Shown in pieces: positions 48,133-59,000 of a stretch of DNA of 64,000 nucleotides; position 1 is the stretch's first letter; each line of letters opens with the position of its first letter. Location: positions 2,176,001 to 2,240,000 of the forward strand of contig OY771587.1 in assembly GCA_963674825.1 (NCBI GenBank), written 5' to 3'. The DNA comes from Candidatus Cloacimonadales bacterium (GTDB lineage Bacteria > Cloacimonadota > Cloacimonadia > Cloacimonadales > JAIOQZ01). Under the pieces are notes generated by a model. It was given only the letters and a program-made list of their open reading frames with translations. It searched no databases and was not told the origin of the DNA. A program made the translations under genes and the position numbers.

Positions 48133-50940
48133 GTGAAAATGAGAAGAATCTACCTGCTATTGATCTGCCTGATCGCGGTTCAGTTTCTTTCCGCCGATAT
48201 GTCGGAATATCAGGTTCAGGATCTGCAAGTATCCGACATTCCCAATGACGATGGCTCAGGCCTTATGCTGAGCTGGAACCCCCTTCCCAAAGAAAAGCGT
48301 ATCATCGAGTACCGTATTTATCGCGGTATCTCGCCAGACAGCCTCTTCCTGCTGGGCAGTATCGAAGTGAACGCGAAAACCGGTGTCAGCGGCGATAAGA
48401 TGTATTTCTACGATCGCGGATTCCTCGATTTCGTTTCCATTTATTCTCCCGCTTCAATGAAGCCCGATACGCAGCTCGAATCACCGTACTATCGCCCGAT
48501 TCCACGCGATATAAACGTTTACGGTCCAATGCTGGAGCACTTTTATATTTTGGGTGTGATTATCAACGATGAGTTTTACTACCGTGCCCAGAAGATCGAA
48601 ACGGATGACGGTGTCTCTGCCGGATTGAATCTGTATCAGTTCGACGGACTCTACGCGACAGTGCTTCCCGGAGAAACATATTACTACGCGATCGGCGTGG
48701 TGGACAAAGCCGGCAGGCACTATCAGCCATGCCCGGTTGCGAGCGGTTCGCCCGAGGATAACTACCCGGAGAAGCTGCATCGGTTCGACCCTGTCTATGT
48801 GAGCGATCTGAATCGTCTGCAATTCGAGTGGGACCTGCCGGTTTTCAAGGACGATATCCACTACCACAGCATCTATATGCTCGAAGAGAGCCAACTGGAA
48901 CAGTTCGACAAGTTCACTGAGGCGATCGGTGATACAACACAAACCGTCGAAAATCCGGCACAGCTTGTATTCAGACGCCAGACTGCATTTCCTTACGAGT
49001 CTATGGATATCGCGGAAGTCGAGGTAAAAGACGGCCGTATCGTGGATGAAAAGCATGATATCGATGTGCAGTACGATCCGCAGAAGAAGTACTTCTTCGC
49101 AATCTCGCTGGTTGACTATTACGATCGTGAGACGTTCTCCGATCCCAAACCGCTGGATGTGATTACATCGGAAGATTTACCGAAACTGCCTCCATTTGAG
49201 ATTCGCGATATGCCCAACGACAAGGGTGAATACAATGAATTGTTGTATGCGAAGCCCCTTGTGATGATCTCAGGAGCATCCTACAAAGGCGATAATCAAG
49301 TTGTGCTCAATTACGAAATTAACCTGAACGACGACTATCGTATCAACAACATCTTCTTTGACGTGTACGATCATGAGGGTAATCCTCTGGGTCATATCAA
49401 TGAATTTTACCAGGACAACATCGTGTATGTCGATGTCCCCGACCATGAAACCGTGGAAAAGGGCCTAACTGTAAGGATGAGCCTAAAAACCGGTAAGACT
49501 CCGGTGCCGGAAGATTACATCCTTTCTCAGGACGTCTTCTACAGTTCTGATATCAAAGACTTCCAGATATCACCTCTGAAGATCGGCAACGAGGTTGTGC
49601 AGAATTTTCAGTACAAACTTTATAAGCGCAGCCCGTCAGAGGCCGTGTATCGCACGGCGAAGAAGCTGAGCCCTTACCAGCGTTTCCATGACGACAACAT
49701 TCCGTACGAAACATCCATCTTCAAGCTGGTCAACCAGTTTGATGCCGCGAAGGGACTGCTGCTGGTATCACCAAGCGTGACGGTCTATTTCGATCGCGAG
49801 AAAGAGATGCCCGTTGAGACGAGCATTTTCGGTGATGAAGTCGCGAACTCGATTGAGGAATGGACCAAGGAAGCCGATGCTTATGCCGATTCCGCTGCTA
49901 CAGCGGCAACGGACGAGGAAAAAGCCTATTACGAAGAGGCTGAGAAATACTACCGCGGCATGATCAGCACGCAGCAGGATGATCCGTATATCAGTAAGGC
50001 AAACCAGATCAAGAGCAATCGTAAGCGCATGAAATACCTGTCGGATGAACGCCACAGGATGAAACGCAGCTTCGAATACCAGTTCTGCAAGAGCGACGGT
50101 AGAGGGCGCTTTACGCTCTCCGAACCTTACGCGCATGATGGCGAGACCTTCTTTTTCCCGAAATCGGAGTGGTTCGACACCAGCAAAATTCCTATGCTGA
50201 TCTCGACGCTGCTGTTCGGATTCTTCGTATGGTTGTTCATTATGCTGGCACGGCGTGGGCGCGATTTCTACATTCGCCCAATCGCCGGACTTTCCGAAAT
50301 CGATAACGCGATCGGACGCGCCACAGAGATGGGAAGACCGATGCTATTCGTACCGGGACTCTCATCCATCGACGACGTCGCAACCCTGGCTGGTCTGTCC
50401 ATCCTCGGGCACGTTTCTCGTAAGGCGGCCGAATACGACAGCCGGATCCTCGTGCCTGTGTGCGACTACATCGTATTGCCGGTTGCGCAGGAGATCGTCA
50501 AGGAAGCGTATTTCGAGGCCGGACGTCCCGATGCTTACAACCGTGGCGATGTATTCTTCATCGCGGAACGTCAGTTTGCATACGTCGCTGGTGTGAATGG
50601 TATTATGCTGCGTGAGCGTACCGCGACTAACTTCTTTATGGGTATGTTCTTCGCGGAAGCGCTGATCATGACTGAAACGGGTAACGCAGCAGGTTGCGTG
50701 CAGATCGCCGGAACCGACGCCGTGACCCAGATCCCGTTCTTCATCACCACTTGCGACTACACACTGATTGGTGAGGAACTCTACGCTGCGTCTGCATACC
50801 TTTCCAAGGAACCGCTGACGCTCGGAACTCTCAAGGCACAGGATGCCGCCAAGTTCCTGATCATTCTCTTCACGATCGTAGGAACCATCCTGTCTACATT
50901 CCACCTTACATTCCTCATCAACGCTTTCCCAAGCCAATAA
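48133..50940 (+). CDS. Membrane protein A2, full-length paralog of A1
   Basis: Same architecture and motifs (DIPNDDG, LNRLQFEW, NEFYQDN, KSDG, AIGRATEMGRP, QIPFFITTCDYTLIGEELYAA). Start may be ATG 48139. Confidence 0.75.
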   Translation: MKMRRIYLLLICLIAVQFLSADMSEYQVQDLQVSDIPNDDGSGLMLSWNPLPKEKRIIEYRIYRGISPDSLFLLGSIEVNAKTGVSGDKMYFYDRGFLDFVSIYSPASMKPDTQLESPYYRPIPRDINVYGPMLEHFYILGVIINDEFYYRAQKIETDDGVSAGLNLYQFDGLYATVLPGETYYYAIGVVDKAGRHYQPCPVASGSPEDNYPEKLHRFDPVYVSDLNRLQFEWDLPVFKDDIHYHSIYMLEESQLEQFDKFTEAIGDTTQTVENPAQLVFRRQTAFPYESMDIAEVEVKDGRIVDEKHDIDVQYDPQKKYFFAISLVDYYDRETFSDPKPLDVITSEDLPKLPPFEIRDMPNDKGEYNELLYAKPLVMISGASYKGDNQVVLNYEINLNDDYRINNIFFDVYDHEGNPLGHINEFYQDNIVYVDVPDHETVEKGLTVRMSLKTGKTPVPEDYILSQDVFYSSDIKDFQISPLKIGNEVVQNFQYKLYKRSPSEAVYRTAKKLSPYQRFHDDNIPYETSIFKLVNQFDAAKGLLLVSPSVTVYFDREKEMPVETSIFGDEVANSIEEWTKEADAYADSAATAATDEEKAYYEEAEKYYRGMISTQQDDPYISKANQIKSNRKRMKYLSDERHRMKRSFEYQFCKSDGRGRFTLSEPYAHDGETFFFPKSEWFDTSKIPMLISTLLFGFFVWLFIMLARRGRDFYIRPIAGLSEIDNAIGRATEMGRPMLFVPGLSSIDDVATLAGLSILGHVSRKAAEYDSRILVPVCDYIVLPVAQEIVKEAYFEAGRPDAYNRGDVFFIAERQFAYVAGVNGIMLRERTATNFFMGMFFAEALIMTETGNAAGCVQIAGTDAVTQIPFFITTCDYTLIGEELYAASAYLSKEPLTLGTLKAQDAAKFLIILFTIVGTILSTFHLTFLINAFPSQ

Positions 50941-50955
50941 CGAAAACAATAGAAG

Positions 50956-50984
50956 AGGGCAGGTTGAACACCTGCCCTTTTTTT
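50956..50984 (+). terminator. Rho-independent terminator closing the five-gene operon
   Basis: AGGGCAGGT-TGAAC-ACCTGCCCT plus T-run. Confidence 0.8.
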
Positions 50985-51068
50985 ATGCTCGATGAATTGA
51001 TCTCAAGAAAAACTTGCGTGATTCGTATCGTTGTCTATTCTTAGATCAGAACTTTCTGGAGAGTATCT

Positions 51069-52094
51069 ATGGGCCATAAACGCGTTACGCTGAAAAAGAA
51101 AAGAAAGATTAAGCGAAGCTTCGTGGATCTTTTTCTTTTCAGCCTCTTTCTATTCATAGGCGTTATTGCCGCTTCAGCATTTTTCACACTATATACCAAT
51201 GATCCGGTAAGCTATTATAGTCGGGATATAGGGAAGATGCAGGAAGAAGAAGTACCCGGAAGATACTGGCTCCGTTGGCTTTACAATGCTCCAGTAGGTA
51301 AGCTTTCACTCAAGGCGATGGTATCAAGGAAGTTCGTTTCCGATTGGTATGGTAAAATGATGGATAAACCTTCCAGCGCGAAGAAAATCCAGGAATTTAT
51401 CTCACAACTCGATATCGATATGACGCCATTCCCACGAAAAGCGAGTGAATACAAGAGCTTCAATGATTTCTTCACCCGTCGTATCGACATGCAATATCGG
51501 CCTGTTGCCAAAGGTATAAATGTGGTTACATCGCCAGCTGACGGTAAGGTACTCGGATTTTCCAATATCACAACAGACCGTAAATTCCCAATCAAGGGCT
51601 TCGATCATGATCTGGCATCATTACTTGATAACCCGACACTGGCTGCACAATACGAAAACGGTTCCATGCTGATCTTTCGCCTTACTCCCGCAGATTACCA
51701 CCGATTCCATTTCCCCATTGATGGCACTCCAGGTGAGACCCGAAAGATTGATGGTAAATACTACTCGGTTTCACCGTTGGCACTTGCTAAAATGGCACGA
51801 ACATTCAGCGAAAACAAGCGCGAATATTGCTTGATCCAGAGCGAGCGTTACGGACAGGTGGTCATGATGGAAGTTGGGTCCACGCTAACGGGCGGAATTC
51901 ACCAGGACTACGTTCCCGGAAAGCCCGTGGCTAAAGGTGAAGAAAAGGGTTACTTCTTCTTCGGTGGCTCGACCGTCATCCTGTTGTTCGAACCGGGAAA
52001 GATTACGATCGATGCCGATATTCGTGAATGGTCGGAGCTGCGCATCGAAACATCTGTCAGAATGGGACAGCGCATAGCAGTGCTGAGAAGATAA
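51069..52094 (+). CDS. psd: Phosphatidylserine decarboxylase proenzyme
   Basis: FNDFFTR, SPADG, RL.P.DYHRFHFP, ENKR, GYFFFGGSTV (autocleavage GS). Confidence 0.92.
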   Translation: MGHKRVTLKKKRKIKRSFVDLFLFSLFLFIGVIAASAFFTLYTNDPVSYYSRDIGKMQEEEVPGRYWLRWLYNAPVGKLSLKAMVSRKFVSDWYGKMMDKPSSAKKIQEFISQLDIDMTPFPRKASEYKSFNDFFTRRIDMQYRPVAKGINVVTSPADGKVLGFSNITTDRKFPIKGFDHDLASLLDNPTLAAQYENGSMLIFRLTPADYHRFHFPIDGTPGETRKIDGKYYSVSPLALAKMARTFSENKREYCLIQSERYGQVVMMEVGSTLTGGIHQDYVPGKPVAKGEEKGYFFFGGSTVILLFEPGKITIDADIREWSELRIETSVRMGQRIAVLRR

Positions 52095-52132
52095 TCTGTT
52101 TACAGCTATTTTCTAACGAACGACTAACCTGT

Positions 52133-52333
52133 CTATAACAATTGAGTTACAATATATAATATTGCGGATATAAATGCGATTAACAGTATAAGTCCCAACG
52201 CTTTCCCGAATACTTGAGTAAAATGCTCCGTATTCATGGAGAACGGTCTGTTCTGGTACATGTCCGACGAATGTTTACTATGCCTGCGATGCTTGCTTTT
52301 GTGACGTTTTTTCTTAACGATAACTTTTTCCAT
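52133..52333 (-). CDS. Small protein with basic/His-rich N-terminus and C-terminal TM
   Basis: GAGGGG RBS; KKKRHKSKHRRHSKH; hydrophobic tail. Confidence 0.55.
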   Translation of the reverse strand: MEKVIVKKKRHKSKHRRHSKHSSDMYQNRPFSMNTEHFTQVFGKALGLILLIAFISAILYIVTQLL

Positions 52334-52595
52334 GTATTCCCCTCATATTACAATAATCTAAAAATACGAAGGTTTATTGCAAGATATAAATCCTATTCAG
52401 ATTATGTATTACGCATTTTTCTTACAATCTAGCGCGAATCTTGCTATTGAACGCGGAGGTCCTGTAGGTTTTTGGAGCAAAATCCGGAATCTTCAGGCGT
52501 CCGCACCCCATCATCCTTTATCCATGAAATCGACATTCAGAAGATGACTTCAGGAGACCAGAGGAAAAGGCAGGCGCAGGGATCGGCCTTTGAAG

Positions 52596-52625
52596 AAAAA
52601 ACCCGGACTATGTAGGTCCGGGTTT
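52596..52625 (-). terminator. Rho-independent terminator of C10 peptidase gene
   Basis: AAAAAACCCGGAC...GTCCGGGTTT. Confidence 0.75.
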
Positions 52626-52647
52626 GGATAGTATTCGATTGCTCCGA

Positions 52648-55600
52648 CTATTTCAGAAGGATCATTTTCTTGGTAGCTGTGTACCGTCCTGCTTTCATCT
52701 TGTAGAAGTAGATGCCACTTCCTACAGGTTTACCGTCATTGTCTTCACCGGTCCATCGTACATTGTGGTTGCCGATCTCGCGATGTTCGTTGAGCAGAGT
52801 CTTGACCAACTGTCCTTTGAGGTTGAAAACCTCGATGGTGACATCGGCTGCTTTTTCCAGCGAGAAGTCAATTTGGGTCACCGGATTAAACGGATTCGGA
52901 TGATTTCCCATCAACATGGTCGTGACACCAGGAACGTCGTTCTGGTCGTTGTCTACAACGGTCGCCATATTGGACATTCCGGACTCAAAATTACCTTCGT
53001 AAACAGCGGTGATGAAGTATTGATACACGCCACCAGGAACGTTATAGTCAATATAACCTGTGATGCCAGGATTATTCTGTGTATCGATGATGATGTAGTC
53101 GCGATAGATATTGTAGCGAATGATCTCGGGTCGGTTGCGGTCTGTGCGGGTGTTTGGCATGGCTGCGGAAAGGCGTGCGATTCCATCGTTTTTCAGCGAT
53201 CGATCGCTTGTTGCGAAGCGCGGCTCGCCAAGTGAACGCACTGGAGAGCTGACGAAGACATCGTCGAGTTTCAGCCAGTACATGTCGGTCACTTCATTAT
53301 GCACGAATGCGATATAGACGGTTTCACCCGCGTAATCACTCAGATCGAGATAAACCTGATGCCAGTTATCGTTCTGGAGTGTCTCTTCATAGATCAGCTC
53401 AGTGAAATCAATCATCTGGCTGCTGGAAGTTGAGAGACGGACTTCCAGGTGCTCCGCTGGCCAGGAAGCGTCCTGTGCCGAGATATAGAAAGCCATATAA
53501 GCGTTATCGTAAAGGTTAACAGCGGGTGTGACCAGCCAGTTATTGGGCGTGAGCGCGCCAATTTCGTTGATGTACGACGCCGAAGCCATGCAGAAGTCTC
53601 CCGAATTGGGTGTGAAGCCGTTCGGCGCGATTTCCCAGCATATTTCGTCACCATCTGCGTCATAGACCTGCCAGTTGGCTGGAAGATACCCATCTTCGAA
53701 ACCTTCTTCGATGAAATCGACAGCTTCAACATCGCCACCGTTGGGAGCATCCCAGTCAAGGTGGACATCGTCGCCTATGATGTTGTAGGTCAGATTTACT
53801 GGTGCAGGGTAGTTTCCGGAGATGAGAACTGTAGCTGTATTGGAAGGGATCGATTCGTCGCTTCCGTTGTAAACAGCGGTTACCCAGTAGGTGAATTCAC
53901 CGTCTTCAAGGCCTTCGTCGGTCCATGTAAGGGTATTGGTACCGTTGATTTGCTGAACGACATTCCCATCACGATAGATTTTATATCCGGTGAGGTCGCG
54001 ATCAGTACGGGTAGCACCTTGAGAAAGAATGCGTCCGTAACTGGCGTAACCAACGATGTTCCAGTTGTAGTCGAGGCTGGGATATTCCGTTGCAAGGGAA
54101 GTCCAGCCACCAAGATTAATGAGGTCGCCTTTCCAAAGCACAGCAGGGCCTTCCGCACAACCAGCGGGATGATCACCCTGTGTATCGCAGTTGTAGCCGA
54201 ACCACAGTTCTTCAGAAGAATCGATCGTCACAGGGTCGTCGAGTACGACGGTGTTCCATGTGTTGATGACGACATTGGTGACTTCCTGCTCGGCGACGAG
54301 GTCGCCGTCTGAAGCACTAGAGCCGTTACAGCTTCCGCCAGTCCACACTTTGATTGTGTAATCACAATCTTCGTAGCGTGGGAAAAAGGAGACTTCGGTG
54401 AGTGAGAGTCCATTGAAGGATGCCAGATCGTCAGTATCGAAGCGGATAGCGACATCAAAATCCGCAGCTGCATTAGTTCCGATACCATTGTAATTGATTC
54501 CATCATCCCAGCGCAGTTCGCCCGGTTCGCCGGTGGGCGCTTGCCAGGTGAGTTCAACATCCACATCGTTGACAACAGTAGCCGTGAGGTTGGTTGGTGG
54601 GTCGCCGTCAGAAGGTCCATCGGAAGGTTCGATTCCAATCAGCGCTTCCTGATCATCGGTGAAATCGTAGTATCCAGGGCTGAGGTCGTTCAGATAATAA
54701 TAACCATTGTAGCTTCCGCTCCAGCCGAAGTTGAAGTGGAAATAGGATGATCCCTGATAACCATCCAGAACGAATGCGTGACCGTAATCGCCGTATCCAG
54801 CATAAAACACTGGATGACCATCATCGAGTTCGCTGATCATGAGGTTGTTCCAGACCGCATCTGAATAGCTATCTTTGTGAACCAGTTGGATGCTGTTTTG
54901 GTAACCGAAGTATGTGGGAAAAGCATACTGGGTGTCGAGTGAGTTCGAACCAGAGCCATCAGGACTGTAGTCCATATCGACAGCAACGCCGCAATGGAAA
55001 AGAAGCTCTGCGATGTCTGAGTCGTAGGATGAGATCGAGTTGGGCATGCTGCTCCAGTTGTAGGTAGTGCTGCCAAAATCTGCGGATATCGTGCCGTAAT
55101 CGGGGTGATTGTAGGAGTGGGTTCCGGTTCCTGTTTCCGGGTGCTGCCAATAGCGCATAATCTGCCCCATGGTGGTTGCACCGCAACCAGCATACACGTG
55201 TCCGCCAGGACCGCTCGCGTCGTTGGGACAGTCACCGTTATAAGGATAGTCCTGATTCCAGATCGTGGTAACCAGCGGTGATACATCGCGCGTGAACTCG
55301 AAGTTGGAGAAGTTGTTCGAAAGCATCTGCTCCCAGATCGCGATCGTCTCCTCATTTCCGGTATTCGCGGCACGGATCGCTTCGATTTGTTTGATGTACA
55401 TGTCTGACAACCATTTAGCGCCGGGCTGATTAGCATCTTGTGGTGCGGAGTCAGTTGTCGAGTATGCGAGAACTGGATAGGACGCGTCGTCGGCTGCGAC
55501 TATTACGAATCCGCCTTCAGCGTAATTGAACACATATACTGCCGGATTTTGTGCATCGGGGCTGGAGAATGCATTGCTCAGAGAATAATTGGTGTGTCCA

Positions 55601-55716
55601 CTGCGATTTATATACCAGTTATTGGCAAGTTCGCGAGCGGTCTGCATGGTTACCGGTTCCGCAAGAAGCGTTACGAATAACGACAGCAGAATCAGCATAG
55701 GTACCATCTTTTTCAT
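52648..55716 (-). CDS. C10 family (streptopain/SpeB-like) cysteine peptidase with propeptide, FN3, cleaved-adhesin-like and FlgD-Ig/T9SS-like domains
   Basis: GFVIVAADD propeptide; WNQ..PYN, AGCGAT (Cys), GHAFVLDG (His), HFNFGWSG; LTPNNWLVTP; NHPNPFNP tail. Confidence 0.92.
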   Translation of the reverse strand: MKKMVPMLILLSLFVTLLAEPVTMQTARELANNWYINRSGHTNYSLSNAFSSPDAQNPAVYVFNYAEGGFVIVAADDASYPVLAYSTTDSAPQDANQPGAKWLSDMYIKQIEAIRAANTGNEETIAIWEQMLSNNFSNFEFTRDVSPLVTTIWNQDYPYNGDCPNDASGPGGHVYAGCGATTMGQIMRYWQHPETGTGTHSYNHPDYGTISADFGSTTYNWSSMPNSISSYDSDIAELLFHCGVAVDMDYSPDGSGSNSLDTQYAFPTYFGYQNSIQLVHKDSYSDAVWNNLMISELDDGHPVFYAGYGDYGHAFVLDGYQGSSYFHFNFGWSGSYNGYYYLNDLSPGYYDFTDDQEALIGIEPSDGPSDGDPPTNLTATVVNDVDVELTWQAPTGEPGELRWDDGINYNGIGTNAAADFDVAIRFDTDDLASFNGLSLTEVSFFPRYEDCDYTIKVWTGGSCNGSSASDGDLVAEQEVTNVVINTWNTVVLDDPVTIDSSEELWFGYNCDTQGDHPAGCAEGPAVLWKGDLINLGGWTSLATEYPSLDYNWNIVGYASYGRILSQGATRTDRDLTGYKIYRDGNVVQQINGTNTLTWTDEGLEDGEFTYWVTAVYNGSDESIPSNTATVLISGNYPAPVNLTYNIIGDDVHLDWDAPNGGDVEAVDFIEEGFEDGYLPANWQVYDADGDEICWEIAPNGFTPNSGDFCMASASYINEIGALTPNNWLVTPAVNLYDNAYMAFYISAQDASWPAEHLEVRLSTSSSQMIDFTELIYEETLQNDNWHQVYLDLSDYAGETVYIAFVHNEVTDMYWLKLDDVFVSSPVRSLGEPRFATSDRSLKNDGIARLSAAMPNTRTDRNRPEIIRYNIYRDYIIIDTQNNPGITGYIDYNVPGGVYQYFITAVYEGNFESGMSNMATVVDNDQNDVPGVTTMLMGNHPNPFNPVTQIDFSLEKAADVTIEVFNLKGQLVKTLLNEHREIGNHNVRWTGEDNDGKPVGSGIYFYKMKAGRYTATKKMILLK

Positions 55717-55950
55717 ACAGTTAACTCCTTATTTATTATTTATATGAATCTTTAAGTTCAATGTCTGTAATAATGACATGCATGGATCATTCCGTCAATC
55801 AAAAAAGTTTGAATAATAGGTCGGAAAACGAAATATTGAGGAAGATTCGTTTTTTTTGGGGAGAGGATTCCTTGGCGAGAGTGTCGATCCCGTTATTTGC
55901 GCCTTGCATAGCTGATGATAGATTATATACCATAGCTTCGACCGATATAG

Positions 55951-55982
55951 AAAAACCGCTCCCGAATATGTTCCGGGAGCGG
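55951..55982 (-). terminator. Rho-independent terminator of C25 gene
   Basis: AAAAACCGCTCCCG...CGGGAGCGG. Confidence 0.75.
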
Positions 55983-56007
55983 CGTATATTGTATTAGCAG
56001 GTATTTA

Positions 56008-59000
56008 TTACTTCAGAAGAAGCATCTTGCGTACAGATGTGTAATCTCCCGCTTCGAGCTTGTAGAAGTAGACACCGGAAGAAACACTCTTTCCTGCGTC
56101 GTTCTTACCAAGCCAGCGAACCGAGTGCGGACCTGCTTTCAGTTTATCGTTAACCAGCGTGCGAACCCGTTGTCCCTTGATGTTGTAAACAACAAGCACT
56201 GCCTTCTCGTCATTGGCAAGCGAGAAGCGGATCGTTGTTTCAGGATTGAAGGGATTGGGGAAGTTGCTGCCGAGATTGTTTACGTACACCGGCACATCAC
56301 CATTGTTGACGCCATGCGGGAACCAGTCAACAGAGGATACGTGATTGGTTGTATCGCTAACGCCTGTAGCATATACGGCTTGCACATAGTACTGATGATC
56401 GCGTGTGGTGTCGATCACTTCAGAGTAGGTCATTTCTTCAGTTGATGCGAGCTCGATGAACGATCCAGTAGCGATCTGACGGTAGATATTGAAATGCAGG
56501 AAGTCAACGCGTTCATCCCTCTGTTCTCCACGATCCTCATCGGTGTTGTATTCCCAGTCGAGGACGATGGTGTCGTCTTCCATGACATAGGAGAGGTCGT
56601 ATGGCGGTGTGAAGTAGCTGAGGTTGAAGTCGTAGTCTTCGAGTGCATCGCCGAATTCCAGATCAAGATCGTTATAGGATGCCGATTCGAAGAAATAGCA
56701 TGCTCCTGTGAGTTCTTCGTAGGGTGACGGCGAGACATAAACCATGTAAAATCCGGTTGTGTCCGGATGCACCGCGAAATCCCCAATCGATACAGTCGCG
56801 GTCTCTGGCCCGATTAATTCGTTATCAAGTGTGACGACACCGGATATCGACGCGGAATTGCCAAGAATCGCGTTCAAGACGATGTCATCGATGAACCAGT
56901 AGTTGATATTGAACGAATTACCCGAGAGGTACCAGCCGAACTGAATATTGGTTGTGTTGACCATTTCCATCGGAATATCTACGTTAATCGTTTCAGGAGG
57001 TATGCTACCGGAGGGTGTAACTTCCCAAATAGTGGTCCAGTTATATGAATCGGATCTCATAGCTAGCCCGAGACTGTACTCGCTACCGCTATAGTCGTTC
57101 AGGCTGTGTTTGAACTGGATTGAAACGTTGGTTGCGCCAATCAGATTCATCGAATGTGTGGTCAGGTGGGAAATCCCATTGAAAGAGGGAGACCAATTGA
57201 GTTTGGCCTCAGGAGCGGTACCACCTGCATTATTAGAATTAGATGAGGTCCAGTTCTCAGAATGTTCGTCAATTGACCAACCTTCCGGGAGCCATGTGCT
57301 GAAATCTTCTTCCAGGATTTCCGGTGCCAGTCCTGAACCGATCGCCAGGTTAAACTGCACGGCATCCATGTTGTCTGCCGTTACATCGAGATCAAATGGA
57401 ATGACCGTTTCGGATGGCGTTGCACTGGATATATCGATCGTATAAGAGACCTGGATTGCCGAACCAGCTTTGATCGTGCCGTAACTCTGTTCCGGAGTAA
57501 GAATGTCAGCGTACCCACTATTGGTACTCATTGCACCAAAGACATTGAGAGCATCGATTTCGCTCGGATTTTCGATCATGATGGCGAAAACAATCGTCTC
57601 ACCAGCGTCGGCGTTACCGTTGCCATTGCCTTCGGAATCGTTAAGAAGACACAGCGAGACATTCAATTGCGGTTTGCGTACTATCCTCGAGAAATCGTAT
57701 GACCATACGTAACCGGTACAATCGATATCGAGCGTGAAAGCCATTACGTGATCTGCTGGTGCATCGGGGCTTAGGCTGAGTGAGAAATAGGTATCACCGT
57801 AAGCGCTATATCCACCTTCAATATCCGGAAAGAAAGAACCGGTTGACGTGATGTCAACATATGGATCGCTGGAAGAGAGGGTGGCATGAACATTTGTCGC
57901 GTCGCCCTGTCCTACGTTGTTCAGGAGGATGCCGAAGTTAACGGTCTCACCAGGCTCGATAATCCCGTTGCCGTTTGTCTCAGCCATGAGAATATCACCC
58001 ATCGTGAGGTAGGGGTTCTCGAGGCTGAGCGGAACTCCGGTAAACAGGATTGCCGTTCCATTGCTGAGCGGCATGGCTGCTGTCGGGTATTCATTATCAT
58101 AGGAGTATTGCAGACCAAGCAGGCCTGTTCCGTCTTCCAAGCCGATCGTACAATAGTTACCCTGGCTTCCACCGTTTGAATTGTTACCATCGACATTGTT
58201 GAATGTATGATACTGGATCTTGATCTCACCGTTACCGGAATTCGTTGGGTAAAACGCTGGATCGAAAAGAATAACCTCGAAGGTTTCTGTTGAGTAATCA
58301 GCGGAGTTTCGGCAGTTTGACCATTCGATAACAAAGTAATTCTCTGTAACGTCATAATATGTGAAGATACTGCCATCACCGGTTTGAAGATCATCCCAGA
58401 AAGCGGCGATCATCGGATTGGGACCCATTGGGCCAGGAATCGGGAAGTTGCGGAACGTGACCTGTTCGGTTTCTCCCATGGTGATCCAGCCATTTGAGCT
58501 GATGGTAATCTGGTCGTAGAGTTCGCCGTAGAAGCGGAAGGTAAACGGGAGGTTCACGGTAGCGATTCCATCGACACTTTCGCCTTCAGGTGTGTCATCG
58601 TTAATCCCGGTATTGGTGCCTTGGCCGCCAAGCGAAGGATTGATCTCTATCCAATCGTAAACGGGCGCTTGGTAATAGCCCGTATCGCCACTATCGTAGC
58701 ACATATAGCCATAGGTATCCGGTCCGAGCGGATCGGTCTCTGTTACGATGCCGATCGGGATATCGAAGGTCTCGTATTCACTATATCCAGCTTCATTATA
58801 GAAGTGAATCTGAACCGGCAATGTCATGCCGGTGACCACCGTTGATAACGCGGTCACGACAAATCCGTCCGTGTTGCATGAAGCTGAATGGTTTACAGTG
58901 ATGTCTCCGAAATATGCCGCGGAATCCCCGATTTCGAGCTTACTGCTGAGCGCTGTGAGTGTAGCGTAAACATCGTCGAGATCGTTCCCGCCGTTATTCT

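Noticed and set aside
42438..50940. ABC, TRAP, Rnf/Nqr/Mrp or T9SS core identity for the membrane operon
   Set aside because: No ATPase, solute-binding, FeS/flavin or beta-barrel signatures recognisable by eye; remote homology is not excluded.
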